Positions 23,524-39,694 of a stretch of DNA of 64,000 nt are shown here, piece after piece. The stretch's first letter is position 1. The number at the start of each line of letters is the position of its first letter. The stretch is from Folioceros fuciformis (Eukaryota), in NCBI GenBank assembly GCA_049999805.1, contig JBNGIO010006406.1, positions 1-64,000 on the forward strand, written 5' to 3'. The notes below the pieces were generated by a model. The model did not search any database. It was given only the letters and a program-made list of their open reading frames with translations, and was not told the origin of the DNA. The translations under genes were made by a program, and so were the position numbers.

Positions 23524-24925
23524 TCAGGCTTTGGCGCGCTCGCGTTCTTCACTCTACAGCAGAAAGTTTTAGAAACGGTCTCAGAACCTGGAAGCCGCGG
23601 CAACGGACAATGGACAGTACTACAAGTCGAACAATCCACGATGAGGGACAGTTTGGCTTTACCAAACGATTATGATCCTCCAGTATTTCATTGACCAGTT
23701 CTCGAAGATTTTTCATTGTATTGTTGGGGACATGTCCAGCAAAGATGGGTTTCTCCATGCCTGAAAGTGATACAAGCCACCGTAAAGGATTCCAAATAGA
23801 ACATTGAGATACACCTTGTATGAAAACGACAGGCATCAACATCCTACCTGCGCCTGTAAATGACTCGATAATCATCATCACCTCCTCTCCTGTCAAACCT
23901 GAAATGAAGCATACGCGGGGAACTCCTTCTGCAGGCTGTACCCTTGCAGCTGTTTAACATCAACCCATCCACGACCCTTGAAGAGAATAGGGAAAAATGT
24001 ATGCTACAACCGACACTCAACATCTATGCCCAGACATAGTCAAAGAAGCAGCATCCAGGACATACCCTGACGTTGGTGTAGTCTTGTTCAGTGTCTAATG
24101 CCCTGCCGAGGGTACCTGACATCATGTCACTCGTTGCCAGCACGACCTGAGCCAATGAACGTTAATCAAAATAGACAAGGAAAGCAGGCGAGCGAGCAAG
24201 AGAACAGGCCTGGCAGCCTTGAAATAAGGACTCACCTTCATGAACTCACCATCGATTTCAGACAGCAAGTTGTGTACCTAATCCACCGACAGTTGGGCAA
24301 GATCAGTGTCATGTGCCTCGTCATGAACTAGAGACGACCGATCCTCCAGTTGCCAGATTCGCTCACATCAGATAACACTGAAATATGTTGAACTTCACCT
24401 TATGAACATCCTCCCTGCTGAAGCCCATCAGAAGAAGTGCCTGGTGAAGCAACAAGTACCATCAGCTTTTCCTGCTATCTCTAACAAAAACAGAGCCATA
24501 ACACTTCAAATACCAGTAAAATGAAGCTCAAGGACCTACTCACAGTTGGTCCGAAACACGGATCGTCAGCATTGATGCGTGCGAACTTCGAGTCCTCGAG
24601 TACTTCGTTTGGAACCTCTGCCAATGGTGACCTCCACAACTCAGAAAGAGACCTGATCGCGTTACGCACTTACAACCCAAATGCGGTTGGTAGAGTCCTA
24701 GAGGAGAATCCCACCGTCAAACGCAGCAGCAGTTCTCCTCCAAGCAGTATCGCGTGCTGACCATTGAGTCCTTAGAACACAGCACTTGGATGAATGGTAT
24801 CTGCAAATTCCGCTAGAGCCCAAAGGCCTCCAGCTCGACAACATTGCGATTTCTTGGGAATGGCCATTCATGGACAGAGGAATACATGAAGTCGGCTGGA
24901 AACACGAAGCCATGTTCGCAGCCAT
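23524..24925 (-). CDS. DUF3783-like protein, probably plastid-targeted (7 exons)
   Basis: Exons DSKFARINADDPCFGPT | ALLLMGFSREDVHK | VHNLLSEIDGEFMK | VVLATSDMM.. | PRVCFISGLTGEEVMMII | PIFAGHVPN..LVNEILEDH | SEERERAKA*. GT-AG sites found; family name is from recall. Confidence 0.7.
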
Positions 24926-25268
24926 AGCGAAGAGAGGAATTCCCATCAACACACGGTGCAACCTTGAAAACGTACGCACACAAGGCAACTAAACGACACG
25001 TGGCCAGTCAGAGGTAAAAAGAGCCTTTCAGCCTCCACTTCACACGCAACGAGTGGGGATCGTGGCAAGAGGTTGGGCATTCTGCGAACTGGTGAGGAGC
25101 GCAGAGGGTTCATGAGAACATTTTAGGAAGTGTGCAAGAATGCCTCCCTGCAAAACCTAGTTCTCCTCTCCAATTAGATTATGTACATCAACTACACGAC
25201 ACAGGAAGAAGTGTCGAAAACGCGGACCCGAGCACGCCCAATCGACAAAAAGCGGACTACAACCAGCC

Positions 25269-26149
25269 CTATCGGGCATTGCCATAGCTCTGATAATAAT
25301 AATATCGGCTGCCTCGACCCTGGCCCTGAGACGAAGAAGCCTGCGCAGCCATGAGCTTCTTGACCTTAGACTTCTCCCGTTCCTCTCGCTTTAACCTCTC
25401 TGATCTAAGTTCCTCAACCGTCTTCCGCTTACCCGCTTCTGCCGACACCAGGATACAAAACACATCAGACGCATAATCCAGCAATCAAAGAACCGGATCT
25501 TCAACGGAGCAAATACAGCAGCACAGGATGACGATTAAAAAAAACCTCAAAACACCGAAACGCACTCAACACAACACTTACGAGATCGAGAAGGGGCAGG
25601 GCAGGCCTCATCTTCGTCCTCCGACTCACCCTCGTCTGCCCTATTCAGCACGAAACTCTTGGTAAGATACCACGGCCTTTTGGAATTCTTGCCGACGGTC
25701 CCATACCCGAACCTGTACTGCTCATCGCTTGCATCCACAGGTTCCTGCCTCCCTTTCCCTTCTGTCCGCCTGCTCTCATCGGTCTTCCTTTTGCGGTCCA
25801 CGGGCTTAGCCTCGGCACCAGTCTGCCTCTCCTCCACGTCCTTGAACAGATTAATATGCTCGATCTTCACCACCTGGATGGAACCATGCCCTGATTCCCC
25901 GTCCGGACCGCCCTCCCCTGCATCACCACTGCTATCTGCGCCGTGGCCAGCGGACACGCGCTTGGCGTGTGCAATCTCCCGCAGCTTCTCCAAACGGAAC
26001 TCAGAGTCCCTCTGTCGCGCAAGGCGCTGCGCTTGCTGCTCCTGCCGGGCTGCCTCCTCCTCATCCTTACGCACCCGCTCCCGATTGTCGAAATTGTACA
26101 CATTCCACCGCTTCTGCGGCAGAATGTTCAACCCGCCGTGCCCTCCCAT
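25269..26149 (-). CDS. Cir_N domain protein (LENG1-like), 2 exons
   Basis: MGGHGGLNILPQKRWNVYNFDNRERVRKDEEEA N-terminus; C-terminal KTVEELRSERLKREERE..YYQSYGNAR*. Confidence 0.85.
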
Positions 26150-27699
26150 TCTCACGGGATCGCAAATCTGCCTAGAGTCGGGGGTGTTTCTCCTTTCCGT
26201 GCCTCGTCACAGTTTTCTTTGAGAAATTCCGTCGGTGTCTGAATCTCAAGGAATTCCCCCGTCACATCTGGCCGCCTCAAGATGGCTCAGTCTACATAAG
26301 CTAACTACGTATGTAGATACTTACTTACGTATGTATGTACAATGTTCACAAAGATTATGGGAGGCCCAGCCTAGTCCCCCTTTTAACCATTGGCCTTCTT
26401 TGGCTTGTCCTTGGACTTCGAAGTAGGTACATATGTAGATGGAGTTTTCAAGTATTTTCTGAATAAAATATAAGAATTATTTATATACTCTCTTTCAGAT
26501 GAGTTCTCAGATATAGTAGGGAGTATGGAATAAGGATTCGGACACCCTTAGACATTGATTTTTTTTTCTGGAATACATATTTATACGGGAATATACGGTA
26601 GCATCTACCACAGATTCTTGTACTAAACATAACCATGTCACAGGACCTACCTATACACCGTAATGGGCATGTGGACTGATATGGACACGTATTATGTTTT
26701 TTATTTAGGTTCATGTGGGCATGTGTATGGAATATCGAATAAGATGCGGAGAGGGACTACATAGTCATGTATAACAGCTTAAGAATTGCAGCTAAAAGAA
26801 GCCACAGCAGCAATTATAGTTGCTCTTACACGGTTCACAAAAACATCAAGTTCATTAAGCTAGACCACAGAGGCAAGAAGGCAACCTACAGCAACCTACA
26901 ACACCTTTCACAAAACATCTACAAACTACTAGTGCTGCTACTACAAGACCAGTCTACTAACAGTAGATTCAGGAAAAACTCTACAGGTTCACCATCTCTG
27001 TAGTACCAAGGCCAGTGCCTTTAACTTGCCTACCTGCACGCCACATGCATTCCTAAATCTTGCAATCCCTACCACGAGAGGCAACCTCCACATATGTTGC
27101 ACAGTCACGTATGGCACACTACCGTTTTTGCGATGCGCGCACTGGATCCCGTGATTTCGCAATTGGGTGACAAGAATCGTTCCAGCAGCTGCACGCAAGG
27201 AAGCAAACTCCGGCTCACCCTTTCGATTGGCCTCCCTATCGCGTTGGTCTTGAGGGCCATCTGAAGGGGACGAGCTCCCCACCCACTCTCCTGCATAGGT
27301 CGATGGCCCTCTAGGAATGGCACTGTTGAACCTCCAGATGGAGCCCACAATCGCAGCTTGGCTAACTACGTGAGTTGTCCTGCCGCGACGCACTTCTAAC
27401 AATTCACTACGCATTGTGGGGTCGGTAGCTGGGATCAATGTCGACGGCGATCGCTGCCTAGAGACATTGCTACCTGGTTACATGGTGGCCATGGGCCTCG
27501 AGGTGCGGCCCTCTCTCTCCCTTATCATGTTCGCCTTGCACAGGTGCAACTTGCATCTCAACTGCTACACCTGCAACGTGGATGCAACTTGCCTAGAGCC
27601 TTTCGATTGAGTGGCGGGAGGGCACTAGGATGAGGGGGGAGGTTGAAACACCGTGTAGGATCGACACTCCACTAATGTCGCTTAGCTGATGCATATGAG

Positions 27700-28075
27700 G
27701 ATTGAAGACACACCTAAGACTCAATATGCAGCTACGACTACAGACACACCTAGGATTGATGATGCACCTTCGACTGCAGACACACCTAGGACTAAAGATG
27801 NNNNNNNNNNNNNNNNNNNNNNNNNNNNNNNNNNNNNNNNNNNNNNNNNNNNNNNNNNNNNNNNNNNNNNNNNNNNNNNNNNNNNNNNNNNNNNNNNNNN
27901 GACACACCTAGGACTAAAGATGCACCTACGACTGCAGACACACCTAGGACTAAAGATGCACCTACGACTGCAGACACACCTAGGACTAAAGATGCACCTA
28001 CGACTGCAGACACACCTAGGACTAAAGATGCACCTACGACTGCAGACACACCTAGGACTAAAGATGCACCTATGA
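27700..28075. repeat. 36-bp tandem repeat GACACACCTAGGACTAAAGATGCACCTACGACTGCA (2x18-bp higher-order unit), spans an N gap
   Basis: Four perfect copies plus a partial one at 27901-28071; degenerate copies at 27700-27800. Confidence 0.95.
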
Positions 28076-28327
28076 TTGAAGACGCACCAGGTTACTTGGT
28101 TGATGCCTGCAAGGATTGAAGACGCAGAAGCGACTCCACATATGTTCCTGACTTGGGCTGGTTACGAGGATCGATGAGGAGTAGCCTGTATGGGCAAATT
28201 GGTGGTTGACAAGTATGCCACTGCAAGGGAGATGCCTGGTAACTTAACTTCACTAGGATGCCACATGTGTTCAATATGACACTCGAGTGAGTGTGCTGGG
28301 GAACGCGCAAGTTGCGTCTATTTCAAC

Positions 28328-28680
28328 AGCCATAGAAGACAAAACGTAATACTTCATCCTGCACTCAAAATACTTCATTAGGTGGCATGCATTGGATACA
28401 TCCTCTAGAAAACCCATGCATTGGATACATCCTCTAGAAAACCTTCCAATCCATAAGCCAGCAATAGCCATAGAAGACAAAACGTAGTACTTCATCCTGC
28501 ACTCAAAATACTTCATTAGATGGCATGCATTGGATACATCCTCTAGAAACCCTTCTCATCCATGAGCCAGCAATAGCCATAGAAGACAAAACGTAATACT
28601 TCATCCTGCACTCAAAATACTTCATTAGGTGGCAAGCATTGGATACATCCTCTAGAAACCCTTCCAATCCATGAGCCAGC
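28328..28680. repeat. Three tandem ~109-138-bp repeats (AGCCATAGAAGACAAAACGTAATACTTCATCCTGCACTCAAAATACTTCATTAG...)
   Basis: Copies start at ~28328, ~28466 and ~28575. The first copy carries an extra internal duplication of ATGCATTGGATACATCCTCTAGAAAACC. Confidence 0.93.
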
Positions 28681-29378
28681 AAACAAAAAGCACTATTGAC
28701 GGTCAACCCAAAACACTCTGATGGAAGCATGACTTTGGATAAACATTGTGGATCGTTTCCATTGTAGTTGCCACAAGCCACCGAGCATTGTTGACAACAA
28801 TGCAATATACTTCAGTGGGATGCCTACCATCCACACTAGTATGTGGAAGAAGAACAAGGCTTGCACCATAAGTCACAAGTAAATGATACTTCAGGGGGAT
28901 GACCTATGCACTAAGACACTAAGAAGCACTAAGACAAAAAACAATCCTAGGCCAGAGGCCAACATAACGCATACGACCAAGGACCAAGTGCAAAGGGAGC
29001 AAGTCGTAGCCTCCCAGTTGTGAACATGTAAACTAAGGTACTTGCTAGAGGCTACCACCAAAGACAAGTGGTCAGCAATGTCAAAAAGAGCAACAGCACA
29101 ATTGCATGGCCGATGGATGGGTGTTGTTCCATTCAAAAAAACATGAACAATAACATGATGCATGGATACGTTGCCCACATATATAGACAAACATAACATG
29201 AACTCTGAGTGAAGGGTGGGCCGCATATGTAGGCCAACGTAACATGAACTCTCGATGAAGTGTTGCCTCATACCCGATGTTAGGCTTGTGAGGTCTATTT
29301 ATATCCTACTCGTTGTTGGCCTTTGAAGACGTAATACACATGATCACGAACTACGTAGTCGTCCTTTTCTAGTTTTCC

Positions 29379-29404
29379 CATATATATATATATATATATA
29401 TATA
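29379..29404. repeat. (TA)n microsatellite
   Basis: Direct reading of the sequence. Confidence 0.9.
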
Positions 29405-31999
29405 GGAAGTGTATGTGACGTACATATGCATATGGTGAAAACTATGATGTTACACAATACGCATGATAGCCTTAGGAAGGTAGAAGTGAAATGGAGTAAA
29501 GTGTGGTTCATTGTTTTATGCTTTGTCGTAGGGTTAGGGTATGGTCCCTACACCCTAATACCCATGAACTATGTATATGACAACAAGCCAAGCCTAACAC
29601 CTGCCAGCTTGGGGTGGAGGACACCAAAACAGCAGCAATGTGCACCGCAATGAGGTTGAGTACTGTAAGGGGATGAAGGGGCCCACCACACGGAGAGTTA
29701 AGGGTTTGAATTGGCATCGAGCGAGCCAAGTCATGCTGCTTTTAATGCATGGATGGTGTATGGTTGCCATAAATGGCTGCGATACCACTCCCTTCTTAAA
29801 CGACGCAGGGGAAGCAGAACTCCGTACAATGGTTGGGGATTTTGCCCCACATGGTACAGTGCAGCCTACGCTAACACCTCAAAGACGCAGATAGTTTTGA
29901 AAAGGGGCCAATGTTGTCGGTGGGTTGCCTCCACTAGGTAGTAGCGTGGAGCGAGACACTGTGTGCGCACGGAGCCCCGCCTTGGGCACGCTCATGACAA
30001 TGTCACAGCTGAGTCAGCAATGCTCACTAGCACACCCGTTTGCACTGTGCTTATGGCACATGCAGCAGGTTCAAAACCTTTGTTGAAGCTTGGCTCCAAT
30101 GCAAGTGGAGACCGTAGACGACCGCCCTCACATGGGGTGCAAGAAATGGGAGAGGAGGCAATCTGATCCATGGTTGCCTTGAGTAGAGGGTTGTGTTTCG
30201 TGTAAGCTTGTTGTGGTCTACATTGTGAGGCGAGCGTGATGCTGGATGAAAGGGACGCTTGTCTGTTGTGGGAACTAAGCTTACAATAGGGCTGATGGCT
30301 TCTAATTGTGCTAAGGGCGACCTCCTCCACGGCTCGCCTTCCTTCACGGTCAGGGCATCGCGATGCGGCAGAAGACTGGGAAATGATATGCTAGCGGGAG
30401 TACATTGTAGGGTGGCCAAAGGGTCTAACCAACTATTGGGAATTATCTGAGCTCCTTGCCTTCCTGGAAGACCATGAGCGCCACTCCTACAAATGGATGG
30501 CTTTTCTGCAAAAAGTGCTCATACTCTATGAGCTGCATAGTAGGGGGATAGATGGTGTGGAGTGGAGGTGGACAAACTACTGCGATAAAGCATACTGGCT
30601 GGTGGAATGTCTTGTCTTCATGCATCAAGTTTTTGACACGTGGGCTCCAAGTAACTACACGGTGTATGTAGGGAGGGTGCGGCCAAAATCAATCCATGAC
30701 GTGAGAGTGTGGTTCACGCAGTTGCATGCATCTAGAGCGATAGCTAAGGTTGGAAGGTGGCCCTAAAGGTATTATGCATTGCTCAATTGTGTTCATCTTG
30801 GGGAACTACAGTGGAACAAACGAGCAGTAGCATTGTTCGATGAGCTAAACATGGAGACCGAAAAGCATGTCTTAAACTTCATATCCGGCCTTTGTGAGGA
30901 GGCAGCGACCTCCCATGATATTGGGGTGTACAGGATAGGGGCCGGCATGCGGGAATGTAGTGTGTACAATTGGCTCTTGCAGCAATGTTGTGGTGTGTCT
31001 TGCATTCCAGACCCTGCGAGGGAGCTGTACATAAAGTGTTGTTGGAACCCTAAACTAGTGAACGATCTGTGGTATGTCGTGTCTGTGAGGCTGTCATGGC
31101 ATGTGGCACTGCGTGCACGTCACTGTGTCCATCGTGTAAAACGCTTTTTTTGTCATAGACATTCGAATGAGGCTTGTGCTTGACCTGCACCCTATTGCAA
31201 TGGCAAGTATGGATGTATTTGCTTGCTGGTGAGTCTCATGATGTCCTTATTGACCTGACGAGCCACCCCGCACCTACGTGGCTATGTCACGTGTACTTGT
31301 TGTTCCTCATCAGGTATGTGCAGTAATTGGCACGGTAGCTTGGTAGAGGTGTGTTGACGAAGACCTGAGGATGTTGTTGGGCATATGGAATTTGCAACAA
31401 GTGGGTGCATATTCCAATACATTTTGCAGTGTATGAGGGGGGCCATGGGGCAGTGGAAAGTGTAGTGGGATCGATGGTGGATTGCATAGCAGCCTGCATG
31501 TACGATGCAGCCCACAAAAATGCGTTGCAATTGCATAAGAAGCTTGTGGCATGCACATTGCACGAACCCAATTCCCAGACACCGGTAGCACATCGTCAGA
31601 AGTGCGGCATGCATTCAGGGTGTCACTTGGATGCAATCCGCATTGTTCATCGGTGTAGGTAGGGCAATTAACGCGATCGCCACGTGTTATGTGGAAGACA
31701 AGACCAGGAGCGCAGATGCACCTGTCTGCAACATGTGCCTATGGAACACACTGTTCAAACTATGGGTGCGAATGCTGCTGAAGTGAGTTGGGGTGATAGG
31801 TCGAGAGCCCGTTCGTGCACAGACGGAATGAGGTAGAGGGTGTTGACCCTGGCTGCGACGGCGCTGAGCAACAATTGAGGGCCATGTGTGCAAAGAGGAA
31901 GGGACGGGTGCCCCTAGTGTGGTCTGCACTTTGGTCATAGGTGTGCACAGTCGCGGTGGTTAGCTTCTATAGGGAAGACATGGCATTCTGTGTATTGCG

Positions 32000-33172
32000 A
32001 TGGACGTGGCCTTGGGGGCGCATGGGTTACTGCCCGACAAGGAGGAAGGCTGGCTAGGGGCCATGCATGCCCTAGTCGACACAATGGGGGAACCAATTGC
32101 CGAGAACCATGTTGCACACTTCCAGCTACACATGGTGGATGGGCCTGCAAATGGTGCACGGGCAGGGGGTGGAGGGGACATCGTTGCNNNNNNNNNNNNN
32201 NNNNNNNNNNNNNNNNNNNNNNNNNNNNNNNNNNNNNNNNNNNNNNNNNNNNNNNNNNNNNNNNNNNNNNNNNNNNNNNNNNNNNNNGGCAAGGACGACC
32301 TTGGAGCGGACTGGGTTGAGTCAACAAGGCTTGTACGAGATGGTAGTGCAGCATTTGCAAGGAGGACGGCCGCTGAAGGAGCTGGCGCCGCAGCTGGGTT
32401 GCAATATACGTACGGACAGGAGGCTACTAAATGGACATCCCATGTGGAGGGGGGTGCATGGCAGGTTGTCCATGGAGGAGGTGTGGACGATTATCACAAC
32501 GCACACTCCAATACGGCAGCACGGTGTGAATGCGGGGATTTGATTTGTGCAGGTTGAGCTGTAGCTGGATGGAATTGAGATACCAAAGAGGCAGGTAGCA
32601 GAGGCGTTGCGCTGGGTTGGTTTGCCGCGTAGTAGCTTCCTGTTTTCATAGCCCTGTTGTGAAATTAGTATTTACCCTCCTCTGCAAGAAAAAAACATTA
32701 ACACAGTTGTAATCACAAACGGATTGAGCACTTCTGGCGAGCATTGGGGGAGAAATGGGCATTCTTGTACAAGGGGTACTTGGTAAACTTGATAAGGAGC
32801 AACGAATTGGACATAACGAATCCGTGGCACATTCATTCCTTGCATGCTACGTTCATGCCCACCATAAGGAGTGAGCTGGAACGATGGAGGCAAGTGTGGA
32901 ATCGACATCAAGTACGGCGTATGAGGGGCCCGAATCGGGACATCCCAGGACATGTCCCTGCAATCGCTTTCCAAGAGGAAGAGCAGTTGAAGGGGTTGGT
33001 GCAGCCACCTCCGTATGGTGCAGTGGATGATGATGGAGAGAAGTACAATGCCGGGGGCCCACAATACACACAGAATGTGGCTTCGGAGATGCCCCCGTTG
33101 AGGAGGATTGAGCTTCTGGATGGGGTGAGCTTCTGTAGTGATGCAGGCGTGGCTGCAAGCTTTTGCTGTTGA
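32000..33172 (+). pseudogene. IS3EU/integrase-core-type transposase remnant (HTH plus C-terminal part of DDE core)
   Basis: HTH LKELAPQLGCNIRTDRRLL; NAGI*FVQVEL*LDGIEIPKRQVAEALRW; SCNHKRIEHFWRA..ELDITNPWHIHSLHATFMPTIRSELERWRQVWNRHQVR. The segment with the first two catalytic Asp residues appears to be missing. Confidence 0.7.
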
Positions 33173-36100
33173 CCCGTAATTGACTTGTGCATGACTGTGC
33201 AATGGATGCCTGTTACTGCATTGTCCTTGGAGGTTGAGCTACAATGTGGAGGAGATGGCAGATGTACATTTCCTTGTGCATGCAGTGCAGTTGAATAGGG
33301 AAATTCGCGTGACTGTGGCAAGAGATTGGAGACCTAAACCCTGTAGCTACTACATGTGGCTAGGAAATGTGGTTGCAGCTTGCATTTCGTGATGGTTATT
33401 GGTAATTGTAGGGAGTGCGTGCAAACGCAACTTGCAGTTCCACATTCCACGTGGACATGGCCAGGCAACAAGTAGTTGGAGAGAGTGCTTCGTAAACAGA
33501 GTTGCGCTAGCAATTTGTGGTGCAGCATTGAGGGCACAATTTGAGTGTAGTGATTGTAACTGCAGACATATAGTGGATTTTGTGGCTACACCGTATGGGT
33601 AGGGCTGTCGTTGTTGTTCATGCATGTAGGGTGTGTTGCAGGTTGTTGCTTCGGCTGGCCCTGACCAAGCAAAATATTGTAGTGGCGTTTGGGCATGTTG
33701 TCTGCAATTTCCTTTTAATGTTGCACCTTGCAAGCAAACTTACCCTCCACATTGTATTTGTGCGTTGTGCGTTGTGCTAATTGCAGTTGGTAGTAATTAT
33801 AACCCACACCCCTTTCTGTGCTTTATGGAGGCATTGCAAGTCGCCCGCAACAATGCTTATGTGAAACGCCTGGAGGGTAAGGACTATTTACTTAATATGT
33901 ACCGCTTGCACTTGGCCTTGACCACATTGTGTAGAGAGTGCAAAAGCAAAATGGAGCCCTTGGATGCCTACCTACATGCTTGGACGTAGGAGGAGGGCAC
34001 TCCGTGGGAGTGGACATGCATTTGCCTCCTTAGCTCTCTGTAGTAATGGGGGGAGGGGGGGATTTGTCAAGTACCTTAGGGGCATGTGTGTTGTGGAGTG
34101 AGACCCTATGTAGCTTTGCCTTGCCCTCATGGGCTGTGAAATAAAGGTGGGCATTTCATTCCCCTCTATCATTTGTTTGTCCCCTTGTCCTCCTCACATC
34201 CATGTGAATGCATAGCGAGGAAGGCAAGAAGGGATATCCCCTTTAGCAGGTTTTGGATTGGAGTGGCAATAATTCAGATGGTTAGGGGTGTGCATGGAGG
34301 TGAGAGAGATGTGTGCACATCAGACAACACGGTGAATGCTGAGGTCCGCTGTAAACCTAAACCCGAGGATGGATGTTGACCCCACAAGCACTAACCCTAA
34401 CAAAAAAACGAAAGTGAATGACTGTGAGTGGAGAGAGATGAATCCGAACGTGTGAGGGATAAAGTATTATCACAAAGTAGGTGTCACAATGGCACCCTAC
34501 AACCTAAGGAGACAGATTTGTTATGTCCAAAATGTTTGGACCGTATATGGCCGCGCTAAATTTTGTGTGAAAGTCAGCCTGAATGTATCGGTATTCCATA
34601 AGGGAGATGAGGGAAGTTTATTTAATTATTTATATTATTATATAAATACAATCTAGGAAATTTTATAAATTGATTATAAAATTATATATTTACTAAACAA
34701 ATATAGAATAATTCGAATTAAATGGTTTTTTATCAAGAGTAAAACTAAGGATAAAATTATTTGCTATGGGCATGGCATGGCGAGAAAAAAAAAAAGTGCG
34801 TCGGCCGTCTTTTAGAATTGTACTATAGTTGTGTTGTGTATGGAGAATGTGACAAAGCAAAAATTTAAAAATTGGAGCACCTACAGCTAAATGAAAGGGA
34901 GCGTGAAGGAGGTGGCGGTTAGCTTTGAGCTGGCACGCACTTGGAAAAGGCTGCCATGGCGCAAGCAGTCAGTCAGCGTTGGCAGCCTCGGGCCCCGTCC
35001 AGTCTCTCTTTTCCGTTCCCTGCTTTCTTTTCTTTCTTTACTTGCTTCATACTTTCCCGTTCCTTTCCACGGCTTCCGTTCTCCGGAAGCTCTCGCATGG
35101 CCCGACGGCAAGATGGCGCTCAGCACGCACGCTCGCTTTCAATACGCCTTGTGATGGCCGTGCGGCCCAGACAAGGAAGCGCAGGACATGGGAGGTTTGT
35201 CTGCGAGCCTCCGTTGCAATGGTGCCGGATTTGAGGCAATTTCGGCTCACTCGCTACAATTGTAGCTCCTCCGCACCTTCTTTTGCAATGTGGAGGTATC
35301 ACTTGCTTGTTTGGACTAGTCGGGAGTCTGGCTGCACCTAGTTCTTGGTCCATGTGGAATGCGGTGTTGCCTTGTGAGTTAATTGGAGTTTCTGACTGGT
35401 CGATGGTACCGTCTGCCCGGTGAGTGACCTGGTGTCTTATCCGTCGTCCCCTTCAGTGTGCCATTTGTGTTGCAGTGAGTTAGTGAGTAGGCCCGTTCTT
35501 GTGTGGTGGTAATTTGACCCCTTTTGCAACTCGACGGGCTTCCTAGTGCCTGCTGTCCAGGCATGGCTTTTGTCTTGCAGCTGAGATAAACTGTCAGCTG
35601 CGCTGTCGACGCTCATCGTGGCTCTCTTATGTTTGAGCAGAGAGGAATGGGAGTGGCAGAGATCAGCTGGAGAGGAGTCGGGTGGGCTTCTGGGACGGGG
35701 GTTTCCTTGTCGTCCTGAAGCTCTTATTATGGAATTGCCATGTTGAGTAATCTGAGCGCGGAGGACAGTCCCGGCCTGTGTCGACCCCTTGTTGCTGCTT
35801 ACTGCGTGGCACAGCTTTAGATATGGGTAGAGTGCATCGGCTGTTCAGGACCAATGTGCTGGATGAGGGCACCCCCTCGTGGTTTCTCAGATTGCAGAAC
35901 GGGGTGGTCAGATGTTGACTCGTTGGGCACCTAAGCGAGGGTCCACTTGTGGTTCTGTGCTTGACAGAGGGTTCTGGACCGTTGCGTGTGATGTGACGTC
36001 ATGGAATACAGTGCCCCTCGATGCATCCTCTTGCCTTGTTTTCTTCAGCTGGAGTTTGCTATCATGTTTGTCATACTGATGGAGGGAAAGACATTCCCTT

Positions 36101-36246
36101 GCTTGTCTTCATAGAAGTGTCGGGAGAGAGCCCTCTGTACACAAGTTGTCCTCTTTTTCTCGCCTCCTCTCTCTCATCAGCCTTTGCTCTCTCGATCAGC
36201 CAGAGGCTGATGAGAGAGGGAGTTAAATGCAATGCAAGGCTGAGTT

Positions 36247-39251
<3,005 letters not shown>

Positions 39252-39694
39252 TGCACGGGCACGCTCCTCGGTTCACAGTACTCTCTCTTGACCATTCTTT
39301 CCATCCATATTCAAGTAAATGTACAATAAGTCTCACAATTTGTCTTCAAACAAGGCTCAGAATGTGAAAATCTTCGAACAAATTCTTGGAGTGATCTTAC
39401 CCCGCCATTAAGACACTGCACAAGGGCTTCTTCCATTCCTGGAAACACGCAGATATTTCCTCTCCCGTGTGTCCTACACAGACTCCATATCCGTAAAGAC
39501 AACGTTCTCCAAGGAATGGGGCGCATTTTGCAATCGGTAGTGACAGCTATGCAATCTCTTCCTTCTAAAATCTGCCAGTATAATTATCAAACGCGCTGAC
39601 TAAAGATATTTTTCTCAAAACAAGCCCTTACTTATCTCGAGAAAAGGTACAAAGAGAAGGAAGACATAACACGCGGATACGGGAGAAGCGGAAG

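Larger units (their letters stand above)
26524..34600 (+). mobile_element. Decayed IS3EU-like DNA transposon, ~8.1 kb, 6-bp TSD AGGGAG
   Basis: Left end TATGGAATA at 26524 is preceded by AGGGAG (26518-26523). Right end TATTCCATA finishes at 34600 and is followed by AGGGAG (34601-34606). Contains a transposase remnant at 32000-33172. Confidence 0.8.

Noticed and set aside
26989-27660. Minus-strand 149-aa ORF inside the transposon as a second gene
   Set aside because: No recognisable domain, and it cannot be distinguished from chance.
27700-28680. Repeat arrays as a CRISPR locus
   Set aside because: Units are contiguous with no unique spacers, there are no cas genes, and the context is eukaryotic.
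30779-31760. HECT-ligase identity for the transposon cargo (VLNFISG, APVCNMC)
   Set aside because: The resemblance is limited to a few residues and needs a profile search.
34887-36240. Short ORFs upstream of the trihelix-ADSL gene, including MALSTHARFQYAL as a possible uORF
   Set aside because: No homology or conservation evidence is visible; likely promoter, 5' UTR or intron sequence.
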